From NCBI GenBank assembly GCA_022605425.2, contig CM061252.1, positions 62,001 through 126,000 of the forward strand: 64,000 bases of DNA, in the 5' to 3' direction. This document shows positions 36,200 to 49,340 of the stretch, in pieces. This DNA is from Hamiltosporidium tvaerminnensis FI-OER-3-3 (Eukaryota > Fungi > Microsporidia). The position numbers and the translations under genes were made by a program. Each line of letters opens with the position of its first letter. Within the stretch, counting starts at the first letter, position 1. The notes under the pieces were generated by a model that saw only the letters and a program-made list of their open reading frames with translations, was not told the DNA's origin and searched no databases.

Positions 36200-37500
36200 T
36201 AGTCCGGTTTTGTGAAATAAATTATAAGCTCAATGCCTATTCCTGATCTTTTATAGGGCTGGGTTAGCGAATAGTAAAAAAACCAAGAGCTGGCAGAGTT
36301 CACTGCACAATTATTTGATAGCGAGCGTTTTCAAGGAATTTTTTAAGTACTAGCGATTTTTTATTGCGGAAAACGTAGCATTCTATCTTATCTATGATTA
36401 TTTTAAGTCAATTTAAAATGTTTTGTAACATAGAAGGAATGTATCAGCAGATTAAAAGCATGTGTGTTCTACATATATTTAATTCCTTAAATTTTCTTCG
36501 GGTTCTTTTATAAAAAGAACTGCCTCTCAGAAGCAGAAGGATTTTAAACCATATTTATACGTATGAAGTAGAACATTTGTATTTAAAAATGACTTAACTA
36601 TTAGCAGGTGGTAATATTTTCAGAAATTATAGGGTTTTTCGATCAATATAATAATCCTTGCAATCAATATAAATATTTTTCGATCAATATAATAATCCTT
36701 GCAATCAATATAATAATTTTTCGATCAATATAATAATCCTTGCAATCAATATAATAATTTTTCGATCAATATAAACTTTATTTAAAGTATCACATCTTTT
36801 TTAAAACAGTGGCAAGTGTTATATTTGTTTTTATGACATTAACGCAGTTCTAGGTTTAACATAAATGACTGCTACCCTAAAACTCCATAAGTAACCCCTG
36901 TGATACCTACGTCCCAAAGCCTTTAATCTACCAGGTGTATAGAACCTAATTAATAGGCGAGGCAGTTGCCCGATGTTCGTTAATGTCCGTTGCATGGAGT
37001 GTGATCGAAGGCCGAAGCCCCCCTGGGCTCCCCCAAGACTATGCAGCATTCCACTTACTCTACACTTTCTGAACCCAATAAACTTCTATCTAAGATATAT
37101 TGCAAATACATACATGGAGTCTACCTAGAAATTGCAACGCTATACCAACAGAGATAACCGGCTACTTAGATTTCCCAGCTTTAAATAGTTTTATTTTTTA
37201 TATCTCGCAGGCGCCAAGGCCTCTGGTTCTAGTGCGCAAGTCTATGTTTCCATGCTTTTACATGGCAATTACTTACATGTTCAGCTGCAGTCTGCAATCT
37301 AGTTACATAAAAAACTACAAATATATTTGTAGAAAAAGTTTCACCGTTTCGTAGACCTCTGATCCTATAACAACACCTATGGAACAACCGAAGATGTAGT
37401 GTAATTTTTTCCCACTAAAAATCCAAACAATTATTTTCACACCAGTTTCACATATTAATGGCCAAGCAAAAAGGGTTTATGTGGTTATCCTCCCTTGAAT
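36200..37500 (+). pseudogene. Lineage-specific multigene family pseudogene (copy 3)
   Basis: AVARCSLMSVAWSVIEGRSPPGLPQDYAAFHLLYTF*..HTWSLPRNCNAIPTEITGYLDFPAL. DNA aligns to 44750-45040 (GTTGCCC, TCCGTTG, GTGATC, CCCCAAGAC, GCAGCATTCCA). The 5' boundary is uncertain. Confidence 0.7.
36636..36775. repeat. Tandem ~41-bp repeat (dimer of ~20-bp ATCAATATA units)
   Basis: About 3.3 copies of TTTTCGATCAATATA..AATAATCCTTGCAATCAATATA. Confidence 0.85.
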
Positions 37501-40500
37501 TGGATTTTTATATTATAAGGATTATAAATATGTCAATTATGTTACATTTTTTAACTTATTTTATGCGAATATCTATACTTCACTTTATAAAATAATGAAA
37601 AAAAGCTGCTAACAAAATTTAAATTGGAAGTAATTTTTGGGAAAAATCATATAATTCTTTTAAAATACAATTTCTCTTTTCTAAATTAGAAGTATTTTTG
37701 TATTTATAGGTAGGAATAATTGATATTTTACTCTTAAACCTTTGAGACAGATCATGATGAGATTATTTACACCATATAATTCTTATATTTTTATGCTTTA
37801 TTTTGTTTTAAGATTTAAGTATTTTTTTATTGTGTTTTGTTGTTATAATATTATTTTTTAATCAATCAAAAATTTTGGTTTTCGCCGTTTAATTTATGTT
37901 AAGTTTTTTTTATGTTATTTTGTTCGATTATTTCAATTTAAATAGAGATAAAAAATTGTCAATTAGAATTTTTAAGGGTTTTACGACATTCGATTATTCA
38001 AATATTTTAAATCTATCTAAAAAACATTTTTTTATTAAATTTTCATAAAAATGCAAAACTTAATCAAATCTTACAATTATATACATTCCTTAGATCAAAA
38101 GGATGAGTTTTTAGAATTTATAAACCAATAGTAATGTATTCTTGCTTCTATTTATTTTATAATTATTCTTTGTTTTTTCTTCTTAAATTTATGTTCATCA
38201 TCGTTTAACCAAAAACCTCAATTTCAATTCATTATTTTCGAAGATAATTTTTGTAAACTTTACTTTCTAAAATTTGTAATTGAACTATATAATAGTTACA
38301 GAAAAATTAATGTTTACATATTTGTAGTAACGACTTAAAAATTTCAGTTTTTTGTATTTTTTTTGAAACAAAAAAGGTAGAATATTTACAGTTATGATAA
38401 ATATCAATAAACATTTGTTACTTAGTTAAAGCCTAGGGCTATTTTCATATTAGTATCAAATATGGTTTCGATATACGTTTTAAAAAATTAATTTATGATT
38501 TTCCAAAACTTTAATATTTACATCAAACCAATATAATTCCCACCAAAAAATTTATATTTTAGGAATAAATTAAAGTTAAAAAATTTATTTTAAATATTCA
38601 TAATTATTGAAGGAAAATAATTTGTAATACTTAAAAAACTTTAAATTATTTGATTTTTTTTACACATAATAAGATCCAATAAGAACATGTAATAATATAT
38701 CAGTTTCCTTAACTATATATCTCTATCGTTTTATCTAAAATCATCATATGCTTATCCTGAATTTATACTTTAAAATTTTTTTCATAAAACCCAAACTTAG
38801 ATATTTTTATACTTTATCATAGATTAATTGTTAATTAGAATTAAATATCTTCAGAATTTTACAAGTCAACTTTAAATTAATTGCAATAAATAGTTCGACT
38901 TATAAAAAATATAAATAGATACGTAAATTTGTTTTTTAATGGTTGATCAGTATATCTTGATAATTTCTTATTTTGTAAGAACAGCGATTTATGACAAATT
39001 ATTCCAAAAAGGATAATTTAAAAATGGTTTTAGCACGAAATATGCACTACATATATCATCCTTTCCCTGGTGCGACATTTCAACGATCCTTAAAAAACGA
39101 AGCAGGTTTAACAAATGAAAATGATCCTAATATAAATTATCAAATAAATTCAACGGAAGGAGAGAATTTAGATACAAAAACAAAAAATATTGCGAATAGA
39201 TGGAATTTAGAATATAAAGGGATTACCACCTAGTTTGCGAAAAGGAAAGCAAATAAATTAACAAGATACCGAAAATAAATTTAATAGAGATACAAATATC
39301 GATTTAAGGTTACCGTGTTAAAAATATCAATATCTTTTAATGGCCAAGCTGATTGTTTCTCCAATAAACTATAAACTGTTACCAAAATATTAATGGATAA
39401 ATATATGTACTTTGTGTAGAAATCTATAATGTCGGCGCAACTATAAAAAGTCTACAAATAAATAATGTTGAGTATTTTCTTTTTCCACGTTTAACATATC
39501 CTATTTGTTGAATTAACATTCGAAATGGTTTGAACTAGCAAATATTTTTTTTGTCTATTGTCTTTTTATATAAAAATTTGAAATAAAGAAACAGAACTTT
39601 GGTACTTTTCTGTTGAAAAGTGAATATAATCATTTTTTTTGAATGTTTCGAGCAGAAATCAAAAAAATAACTTTGTAACGCTGATTAAAAAATTTTCAGA
39701 TGAATTATTTTTAATTAAACCGATTTAAGTGTAAATATATGACTTTGAAGTCCATTTTATTTTAAAAACTTTGGTCTTTTTAATTATTTGAAATGATTTG
39801 ATATTATTCAACCTCTTTGTTCAAGAAATAACTCACTATTATTTATAGCAAAATATGCATTTTATTATACAAAAAAAGGTTAACTGACCAACAATCAGTA
39901 AAAATAATAAAATATTTTTTGATCTATTATTGAGTAGATTCTCATGCTTTTCGTATGATCGATTTTGACAGAAATAACGCTTAACCATTCTGTCATTATT
40001 TTCTCATGCTAATATCGGCATTCTTTAACAATTATACAATTTATATTAAACTAGTGGATACAGAATCTATCTTGTAAAAAATTATTCATAAAATTTTATT
40101 CGGAAAACCTAATATATTAGTGTGGTAAAATTTAGGATAGAAGTTCGCCGACTTCTTTGTAGTTTTAAATACTAGAAGGTCCTGTTTTCTTTGAACTATC
40201 GTCTGTATAATGTGTCAAGATTTTTAGCCTTTTTTAGAGAACACGGCTCTTTTATTTTACCCGAAGTTCGTGAAGACACACTGAAGATTATATGTACTTC
40301 AAATTTAACACTGCCATGAACTGTATCTTTATTACGCGCATATTTAACACATATTTTTAAATATAAAAAAACTTTAAGACTTGTCTCACTAATTTCTTAT
40401 TTTTTTCTTCAATACATTTATCTTGATCAATTAATTCTCTTAAAACAGCTAAATTTTAATAGCTTATACACTGTTTAAAAACAAATAATATTTTTACCGC

Positions 40501-40739
40501 ATGTGATAAATCACAAGCTTGATTAAAACTATAATTAAAAGATATTTAATAAACATAAACGGAAATAAGCCCATTATATTGATTTAGTATTTATTTTATA
40601 GTTTTTTGAAAATAATGTACTAGGATACGTAAATTCTAGCATCGCATCACAATTTACTTAAGAATGAATAAAAACCAAAATAATGTGTTTATATCCAATA
40701 AAGAATTGTGAGAATTATTTATCATAGACAGTAATTCAT

Positions 40740-41075
40740 TTTTATTAGAACTTACAAGATTTGATTTAGAAAGGAGTATTCCAATACATGCATTTTTTTT
40801 TCAATTTAAAAACTTACTTACCATTTAATTCCTCCTTTAGGTCTCGGTGTGGAGGATGAACAACTGAGAATTTTCCAATTGCATCTTTTAATCTGTTGTA
40901 ACTCGAAATTATAGGGAATGGCCTATAGATCCGATGTGGTTTATATCCTACCAACATTTCAACAATGATTTCACTTCGATTTCACAATTTATTGCTACGA
41001 GATAGTTTTCAATCAGGTTTTCCTCTCTCCACCCCTATTTTAAAACTACCCAGTGGAATATTAAAAAACGAATTT
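40740..41075 (+). pseudogene. Lineage-specific multigene family, 3' fragment (copy 4)
   Basis: GATGTGGTT..ACATTTCAA..TGATTT..ATTGC aligns with 45177-45245; KLTYHLIPP versus KPPFRTLPP. Confidence 0.55.
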
Positions 41076-41149
41076 TTTTCGAAGCATTCATATTTTCCTA
41101 GGAATAATGCCTAATGTCGTAAACCGAATGAGAAATTATAGAAAATTTA

Positions 41150-43400
41150 TATGCCATAAAAGGTTAATAAGGGCTATTCAATAGCGCCTCGCTGAAGCCA
41201 CAATTCATTTAGTATACTTTGGCTCTGCATTCTATTATTTAGCAAACAACTAGCGATTAAACAAGAATGAACGAAAAAAAAATTTGACTAATTGAAACTT
41301 GTTAAGTCTAGAACTAAAACAAATTTGAACTCTCTGAAGTAAAAAGCGTTTAGGAAACAATACTATTAGAATTGTTTTTATCCATTGAGAATTCCCACAG
41401 GAATGCATTTCAAAATCGCTGTCAATTAATATAAGTGACCAAATAACTCATAGCAGTATCAATATTGACTATAATACGTTCTCGATTATTCTAGGTGATC
41501 ATAAACCCTAAAATACATTGTTTTATTTGCCAATATTGATATTTGATCAAATACAAAAACAAGAGAATATTATATTAAGTACAAAAACGAGAAAATTTTA
41601 CATTCAGCCAAAAATATCAGCCCCAAGTGGTTATATTTTTTAGAGCAGCTTCTTTTTGGTGACATTTCGAAGGGAATAGTCTTTTTTATTTACGGCAGTT
41701 GTATTTGTGTGATGTGCATTTCTATTGAGTTCATATCGACTAATACCCTAGTGTGGCCTTGTATGGCAATCTTGCACATTCCTCTAATAAAATCAAGGAC
41801 CGAGGAATTTTTTAAGCAAAAGTAAACGTTTCAGTTTATATTCTAAATTTGTTTTTAGCAAAATTTAATTCTAGATTACATGTTTCATATCTAATTTATG
41901 AAGATTTTAATCTGGTATTGAAGAGGCAGATTCTGTGGATGCTTATATCAGTACGAGTTTTGTCAAGATCTGGGTGTAAGTTTTTAACGGGTCACTCTTC
42001 CTAGCTTCAGTTAATTCTTAATTTTATATTCGGAACCTTTTTTCAGGTTTTTTGTTTTTATCGCGCAAATAATCTTAATTTTGATGTTTCTGTGTATATT
42101 ACTGTTCTGAATCGGAGCCTCTGGTGTAATATCATACCATAGTAGCATATTTTTCGTAACATGAGATTTAGAAAAGATGGCTATAACATTTAATAGTCTT
42201 TCGCTGTTACGAAAATCGGATTTAGTATAATATTGAGGCTAAGTATTAAAAATGGATATCAAATGAAAAAAATTACTTCCCGTTATGTTGATATGCTTTT
42301 AAGTGAATCACACATTCTTCAAGGCAACTTCCTTTACAGTTATTAAATCGCATATACTTGTTTTAATCCTAAGTCCTCTTCAAAATTTATATTAGGCAGA
42401 AGATCTGCTAATCAGAAAACCTTATAGAATAACTTTTATCTTTGTTCTCAACATGGCCTCATACAGAGTAAAGTTTTTGCCTAGCAGCGACCACCTTTTT
42501 TCATAATCTAAACAAAACTTAAGCCTTTTGAACGTTTTTTTCTGCTATTATCTTCCTGGTACTAAAAGGTATTTTTTTCAAACTATTAATTTGTAGTTCT
42601 ACAGAGATATGACATTGAGAGTGTACGCGCTTCCTATATACCCTCTTTAACTCGGGCTCCTTGTACGATACTTTTTTGGTAGTATTTCGGAAATTTTTCT
42701 GTCACTATCACTCTGTAAGATAGTATCCACGCCGAAAATAGAAAAACATTCAAAACTAAATCAGCTATTTCTTCCGCTCTTTACTTTTCAGAAGCTAAAA
42801 AATGAATAAATTTTGATTAATGATCTCTTATGCAAGTATAGATTTATATGAATCACAAAATTGTGATTGCATGTCGATTAAATCAACTCGCTCCATGAAT
42901 TCATGTTTTTAACCATAAAAGGTGTTGCAGACAATCTTTATTTTGGTAGTATATGTTTTTTTCTCACAGGATACATAAATTTAGATAGGTTCCTATCATT
43001 TTTCTTGTGATGTTTTTACATTCGGAATTTATTTCCTTACATATAAGATTTCAACTACGAAGACCAAATGCAATATATGCACTATATTAAATTTGAAATA
43101 ACTCTTATCGATCCACAAAAATAAAACCTAATTTTCTCTTAACCTCTCTCGAAAGAACAATTAAGCTTTTCCTTCTTTTCCATATTTATCATATCAAACT
43201 TACTTAAATCCTAATAATTTTTTTTCCTAATAACTTGCTTTTAGAATGCTTTAACTTTTTATATTAACTTAATATGTTTTTTTACGTGAGAATTTGTGTA
43301 TTCCAATCTTTGATAAGCAATATTCATTCAGCCATTCGGCAAAACGATGCTTCATATCATTAAAATCCATAAAAATCTGTTTAGATATTTTATTTTTTTG
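41150..43400 (-). mobile_element. Highly decayed Ty3/gypsy-type pol relic
   Basis: Minus-strand vestiges in RT-RNaseH-IN order: YFKFN..AFGL (~43050-43110), IGTYLN..IL (~42980), GIG..VHSQ (~42620), WSLLGKNFTL (~42480) and weak integrase traces at 41450-41800. No LTRs identified. Confidence 0.45.
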
Positions 43401-44149
43401 TTTTATAACTTATTCTTAGTAAAGAAAAAACTGAATACAATCGTTAACGCTCCGAAATAAAAAAAACTGCGGAGTTAGCAGCTGAGAGTGAAGTCTGATT
43501 TTCCAGCGAAATTCACACTTTACACAAAATGTTAAATTTCTCTCAATTTATAAAAACAACTATAAATTGTAGATGTATTGATAGTAGTTCTAGTAGTCTA
43601 ATAAATTAATATTTATTCTAAAAAAACTCTTTAAATTGCTGTAGAATATATACCAAAAGAATAGTATTCTAAAAAAAATGTGCCTTTTTTTTTACTAAAA
43701 TACGATTAAATTTGAAACTAAACTTAAAAGGCAGCTAGGAAAGGAATGGATCGAGGGAAAAATCGCTATTTAAGAACAAGATATATTTTTCTTGATACAT
43801 ATACTAAAAAATAATGCATTTCGGAAAAAATACAATGATATAAGTCGATATTATCTATAGAACGACTAAAAAGGTTTTCAAATCAAATACAAATATAAAA
43901 GATAAAAACTGCCAAAAAAATATAAAGTAAAAGAAAGATACCAAACTAAAATTATTTTTTAATCAGATACGAAATCATTTTATATTATATATCATAGCTT
44001 TTGATACAATAAATAGTTTGTTTATAAATAATGTTTATAACAGGTGAACATTTAAATATCTCAATTATGAATTTTAACTAACCTAGAACCACGCGGGTTT
44101 CAATTATTTCTAAAATACTTCTACACAACTATTTATAATTTTAAAATTA

Positions 44150-45310
44150 TTTTAAAATATTTGGTGTGTTTTTTTTTGGCAGCATGTTAGCCTATGGCTA
44201 GCTAAGAAAGAAATTGGTAGATTTCAAACGAAATTCTGAAATCATTCATTAAAAGTATACGATATGTTTTTAATTTAAGATACTCAGCTTATAAATTCTA
44301 TTAAATCTATTCAATAATATCGAATATCAATCTACTTATAATTATGAATCACATTTTATTATAAACTTCGTTTTTAGGAAAGGATTATAGTATAAAATAA
44401 TGCTGCACCAAATTCAAGCATCGAACGATGAATTCTTTTTTATAGATTTATATTTTTTTTAAAAACTAAACAAAAATTTCAGCTGGAAATATTGGAATCA
44501 TATTGTTCCAATTCAATTTTAATTTTACCAAATAACAGATCTATATGATTAAATGGATTTAAATCTAGTAATTTTTACTTAATAAATATCACATTATTTT
44601 AAAAAAGCGGAAAATGTTTTTGCTTGAAAAATATTACTGCAGTTCGAGCTTTAACATAGATAACTGCACCGTTCTCTTCAATTGTATACTCTACAATATA
44701 TATCAAGGTTTTTCATATAAAAAATATTTAAAATTCATCAATGAGCAGAGAAGTTGCCCTTATTTACATATCCGTTGAATGATATGTGATCTCAAGTCAA
44801 AACTACTATAAGTTACCCCAAGACCAGCAGCATTCCAAATAAATCTATATTTTTCTAACAAATTAGAGTTTCTTTTATGACAAATCTAGGTAGCCCAAGG
44901 GATATATCTAGATGCTGCGATGCTATACTAATATATATGACCGCCACTTAGCATTCTTGCATTTAAAATTTTTTCTTTTTGTATCTGTCAGGCGGAAAGT
45001 CCTCTAACTATAGTAAGCAAGGTTAGACTTCAAAGCTTTTACATGGGAATTAAATTCAAACTCAAAATATTTAGGATCTAGTTGCATAGAAAATTTCGAA
45101 TTAAAGATGTAAAAAAACCACCTTTTCGTACACTTCCTCCACCCTATACAATTGCCAATATAACAATGGAGAATAAGATGTGGTTATCATTAATCCACAT
45201 TTCAAGATTGATTTTCCTATTCATTTTACGTATTCATTGCCAAACAGATAATGTTTAGTGGCCGCACCCTCTGCTCTTATTACCTTAAACGTTAAATGGT
45301 AGCTTTAAGT
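44150..45310 (+). pseudogene. Lineage-specific multigene family pseudogene (copy 5)
   Basis: KKPPFRTLPPPYTIANITMENKMWLSLIHISRLIFLFILRIHCQTDNV*WPHPLL. The upstream part aligns to 36960-37270. Multiple stops and frameshifts. Confidence 0.7.
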
Positions 45311-45461
45311 AGAATAATTTAGATTTGTTTGGTTGAATTAAAACGAAACTAAGATCAAATTATATATTTTACAAATAATTGAGATTTCTTAAGTTAAATA
45401 TTTAATCATATTTTTAAAGAAAATTATAAATTAAATTAAATTCAATAATACGGTTTATTTA

Positions 45462-46001
45462 TTATAAATGTTTCCATAACAAATCATTAATTTCCTTTTC
45501 TGTTTTGTTATCATCATGAAAGATTGTAAATACATCATTTAATTTTTTATTTTTAATAGTACAAATAATATTTTTATCATTTTTCCATTCGATATGAAAT
45601 TTCCTAAAAATTTCAATAAACAAGCTATTTGATGTTGGATATTGAATACTTTTATAATATGCTGTTTTGTTTTTAATTTCATTGGTTAATTCTATCAACT
45701 CCAATTCAAGATTTTCATTTTTTTCTTCACTCATAAATAACTCTTTAGATAGAGAAGAGATTTCCTGGTTTAATTTCATGTAAGAATTTTCTTCTTTCAT
45801 TTTCTGAAGTTTGAGATTTTCTATTTCTGTTTCGATAAATGAATTAGAACGCTTCAAATCTATTAAACTATTTTTCATTGTTTTAATATTAGAAATATGA
45901 GATGATTCTTCGCTTCTAGTTATTTTCTCAATTTTATTCAATAGTTCTCTTTCATATTGTGAAGTAAATAATTCGCCATTTTTTAAAAGTGAAGTATTCA
46001 T
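45462..46001 (-). CDS. Kinetochore Ndc80-complex subunit Spc24-like
   Basis: ~120-aa coiled coil plus a short globular tail IFRKFHIEW...IKNKKLNDVFTI...INDLLWKHL, matching Spc24 size and its terminal W..L pattern. Confidence 0.65.
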   Translation of the reverse strand: MNTSLLKNGELFTSQYERELLNKIEKITRSEESSHISNIKTMKNSLIDLKRSNSFIETEIENLKLQKMKEENSYMKLNQEISSLSKELFMSEEKNENLELELIELTNEIKNKTAYYKSIQYPTSNSLFIEIFRKFHIEWKNDKNIICTIKNKKLNDVFTIFHDDNKTEKEINDLLWKHL

Positions 46002-46309
46002 TGAATAATATAAGGATTAAAAAAGCAAAATAAATAGAAAAAAGAACTTTTATTAAAAAAATAATATTTTTTAGATTTCAAAACAAATCTTGATAAAATC
46101 AAAGTAAAAGTGAAATCTATTACAGCAAAATCTTATAAATTAAACTATTTAAAATTTATCTCTAGTCTTTTTTAAAGTTAGATTTTAAATTTTTTTATTA
46201 CGATAACAAATAAATTACCATTCATAGATTTTTGTAAAATAGAATATAAAAAATTCGGAGATATTTATTAGAACAATAAAAATATCTTTTCTATAATAAA
46301 CCAAAAAAA

Positions 46310-46771
46310 CTACATTAACATTTCTATCTTGTTGCTTATATTTTTTAGCATTCTATCATAGTATTTCCATTTTATTAAAGAATTTGAGTCATTATATTTG
46401 TTTTTACATTCATTTATTTTTAAAACTGTGATTTCTTTTAATTTATTCAATACATCAATGTTTGTAGTCATATCAATAGTTTCATTGGTAAATAAAATTT
46501 CATTTAGAAAATCGGTTGAAAGATTTTTATTTAAATGGTTACCGTTTAATTTATAAAGATAAATTGCACGTTTATAATCATTTAAAAGTGTTTTGTATGC
46601 ATTATTGATAATTGCAATATTTAAATCTCCATCTTTGATATTAAAATCTGAAGATATATCTGGATGGTATTTTTTACATAACTCGTGATATTTAGACTGC
46701 AGAATAGTTGGTTGAATATCAAATGAAGGTTTTATTTTGAAGATTTCAAAGTAATTTTGAATCGAACCCAT
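46310..46771 (-). CDS. JAC1: Fe-S cluster co-chaperone Jac1/HscB (J-domain; presumably mitosomal)
   Basis: NYFEIF....FDI....LQSKY......YHPD, INNAYKTL..DYKRAIYL, DFLNEIL, C-terminal KYY. Confidence 0.88.
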   Translation of the reverse strand: MGSIQNYFEIFKIKPSFDIQPTILQSKYHELCKKYHPDISSDFNIKDGDLNIAIINNAYKTLLNDYKRAIYLYKLNGNHLNKNLSTDFLNEILFTNETIDMTTNIDVLNKLKEITVLKINECKNKYNDSNSLIKWKYYDRMLKNISNKIEMLM

Positions 46772-48364
46772 CTGAGTTCTAAAATAATTTCGAATTTATA
46801 TAGATTTTTTTTAAATGATAATTTTCAATATTTCAGATTAAAATATAGTGCAAATTTGTCTAGTTTTAATATAACTATAGATCGAATCAAATCTCGCTTT
46901 TAATAAAGTCTCGTATCCTTAAACTGTATTATATATTCAGTGTTCCCATTTTTTTTTAGCATATTTCGATTATAGTACTAGGAATAAAGTTATATTTTAC
47001 GTCATACTAAGGGTTTTAATTCTAAATTTTATGTTTTTTTGAATGTATATTGCGTACAACGAATATTTTTCAACCATTTAAACACATTCTATATAATTAT
47101 AATGTATAAATATTTTTATTATTAGATTTGCTAGGATAAATATACTATAAACACGCAAAAGATCAATTTTATCACAAACATATGTTTTGAAGGGAAATAA
47201 TGCCGTTAGATCAATATAAATTACGAAAAATATATCTTTTAAACAATATACAATGTCATAATATTTTCAAACTATAGATTCAAAACATATAGATTTTGTA
47301 AAAATAAACCAATTTATTTTCTGTCTTATCTAGTGTTCTTATAATCTACATATATTTGATTAATATTATCAGTTAATTTGTTTTCAAAAAAGTTCAAAAT
47401 AAGATTTTTATTTTTAAATTATATTTTTATAAAAAATTGTATTGCAATAATCTTATTTCAATAAAGTATTCAATTTTTAATGCAATTAAAAAGTTGAATT
47501 GTTTATTATCAATAAGAAATATATTACATCAAAAAAAATCAAAAACTTTTGATGATTTATAATAGAGAATAAGATCTGAAGATCTGGGAGAAAAAAGTTG
47601 AACCTATAAATATAATACTAAGAACAACAAAATATTTCTTCAAAGAACTCTTTAATTTTGATACCCGCCATACATTCATGGAAGGTAGCTAAGTTATAAG
47701 TACTTCTCTAACAAGGAGAAATCCTTTTGCTCACTTTTCCGTTATTATATATACTTTAGTTGTTTTTGGAAATAAGAGAATTGTTTTTATCCATTATGGT
47801 ACCCGTTTTGAATTGAAAATAGATTTATTTTCTAGAAAAGATCAAATTTAAAGTATAAAAGAAATTTTTATAGTATGTGATATAAACAATATCAGTATCT
47901 AATCAAAATTATCTAAATTAAATTAGTTATGGATATAGTTTGTTGCTTGCAAAAACTTAAATTTGTCAAATTAAAAATTATAAATATTTTGAATTTGTCT
48001 AAAATTTATACTTTAGTTATGAAGATTATATAACATCAAATCTTTAGTGTTCACAGTTCAAAAAATTTATCATAATACTTTTTTAACTTAATACAATAAT
48101 TTTTTCGATATGTTTTGAAGAAAGATAATTCGTTTATGATGAAAGATAAGAAATTGAATAAACACATGTCAGTAGTTTCTTAGTAAGATGAAATTATTTT
48201 GTTGAAAATGTAAAGGTTAAAATTTTTCGAGATCGTATACATAGATTTAAAATTTTACCCGAAATTGTAATTTTATACTGAATTAAATATCTAAATTTAT
48301 AACCTAAGATATTAATTGCGTTGTTTCAAGATTTTCCTCCCATTAAAATAGTTTTAATAGTACA

Positions 48365-48540
48365 AATCTATAAATATATTTTAAAATTAATTAATCGTGT
48401 ATTTACATTTTTACATCCATCCAATGATAATCAATCTGTTTATTTAATCTATAAATATATTTTAAAATTAATCAATCGTGTATTTACATTTTTACATCCA
48501 TCCAGTGATAATCAATCTGTTTATTCACTCTATAAATATA
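48365..48540. repeat. 81-bp tandem duplication upstream of the lectin gene
   Basis: AATCTATAAATATATTTTAAAATTAAT.AATCGTGTATTTACATTTTTACATCCATCCA at 48365 and 48446. Confidence 0.9.
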
Positions 48541-48731
48541 TAATTTCAAAGTGATAATTATATCTGGGATAAATCTGAATTATAAAAAAAATATTTGATA
48601 AAAAATATTATAAACGATAAAGTGGTTAAAAAATGAATGTTTGTTTTATCTGTATAAAATCATTTATCAATTCTCTGTTTAATGTTTCAGATAAAATATC
48701 GATAAAAATGTTGACTTTAAAATTTAATTGC

Positions 48732-49340
48732 ATGAAGAAGTTTGTCATTCAACGTAATAAAATTCGAACGTTATTATTTTTATTTCTTGCTGTACTTTCA
48801 TACTCTTTGTTAGAAGGAAGACATAGAATTCTTTTAGAAAATAATAGAAATTTGGTTTTAACTGCAGAAAATAGTATTGTTCGGTTGAAGAATGATAACG
48901 AATTATTTATTAATCAAAATCTAGCAGATATAATAAATTTTAAAGAATCTTCAGTTATAGATAGAGTTAAAATTGTATTAAACAATAAATATCTGTGTAA
49001 AAAAGAAAACGATCCGGGAATTGTTCTTTGTGACGGAGACACACATTTTTCGGATTGGGAGATCATAATGACACTTAAAGGCTACAGATTTATGCTTAAT
49101 ACTAACAGGCCATTGTGTTTGACTAAAACAAATTATGATTCTAGAAGAACTACGGAGGGATATTATCTTAATGCTTTAGAATGTAAAAATGAAATAGATT
49201 CATCAGAATATTTTGAGATCGAAAGACTTAGCGAGGAGCCATCAAATGACCATAGAAATGATTCTTCCGGGAATTATAACAATCATGGATCTGGAGATCC
49301 TAGATATCGATCAAATTACGAAACGTGTACAAGAAGATAG
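48732..49340 (+). CDS. Secreted ricin-B-type lectin-like (RBL) protein
   Basis: Hydrophobic leader TLLFLFLAVLSYS. Beta-trefoil-like pattern KYLC..GIVLC..DWEI..GYRF..LCLT..LEC..EYFEI. The start is uncertain; upstream ATGs exist at 48633 and 48708. Confidence 0.7.
   Translation: MKKFVIQRNKIRTLLFLFLAVLSYSLLEGRHRILLENNRNLVLTAENSIVRLKNDNELFINQNLADIINFKESSVIDRVKIVLNNKYLCKKENDPGIVLCDGDTHFSDWEIIMTLKGYRFMLNTNRPLCLTKTNYDSRRTTEGYYLNALECKNEIDSSEYFEIERLSEEPSNDHRNDSSGNYNNHGSGDPRYRSNYETCTRR

Noticed and set aside
38991-39233. 80-aa ORF, and likewise 31218-31406 and 19258-19476
   Set aside because: Short, no motif and no CCC start signal; possibly gene relics but unsupported.
46978-47012. Upstream spliced exon for Jac1 (CCC..ATG AC|GTAAAA..TAG)
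   Set aside because: The spliced frame stops after 8 codons and does not reach the Jac1 ORF.
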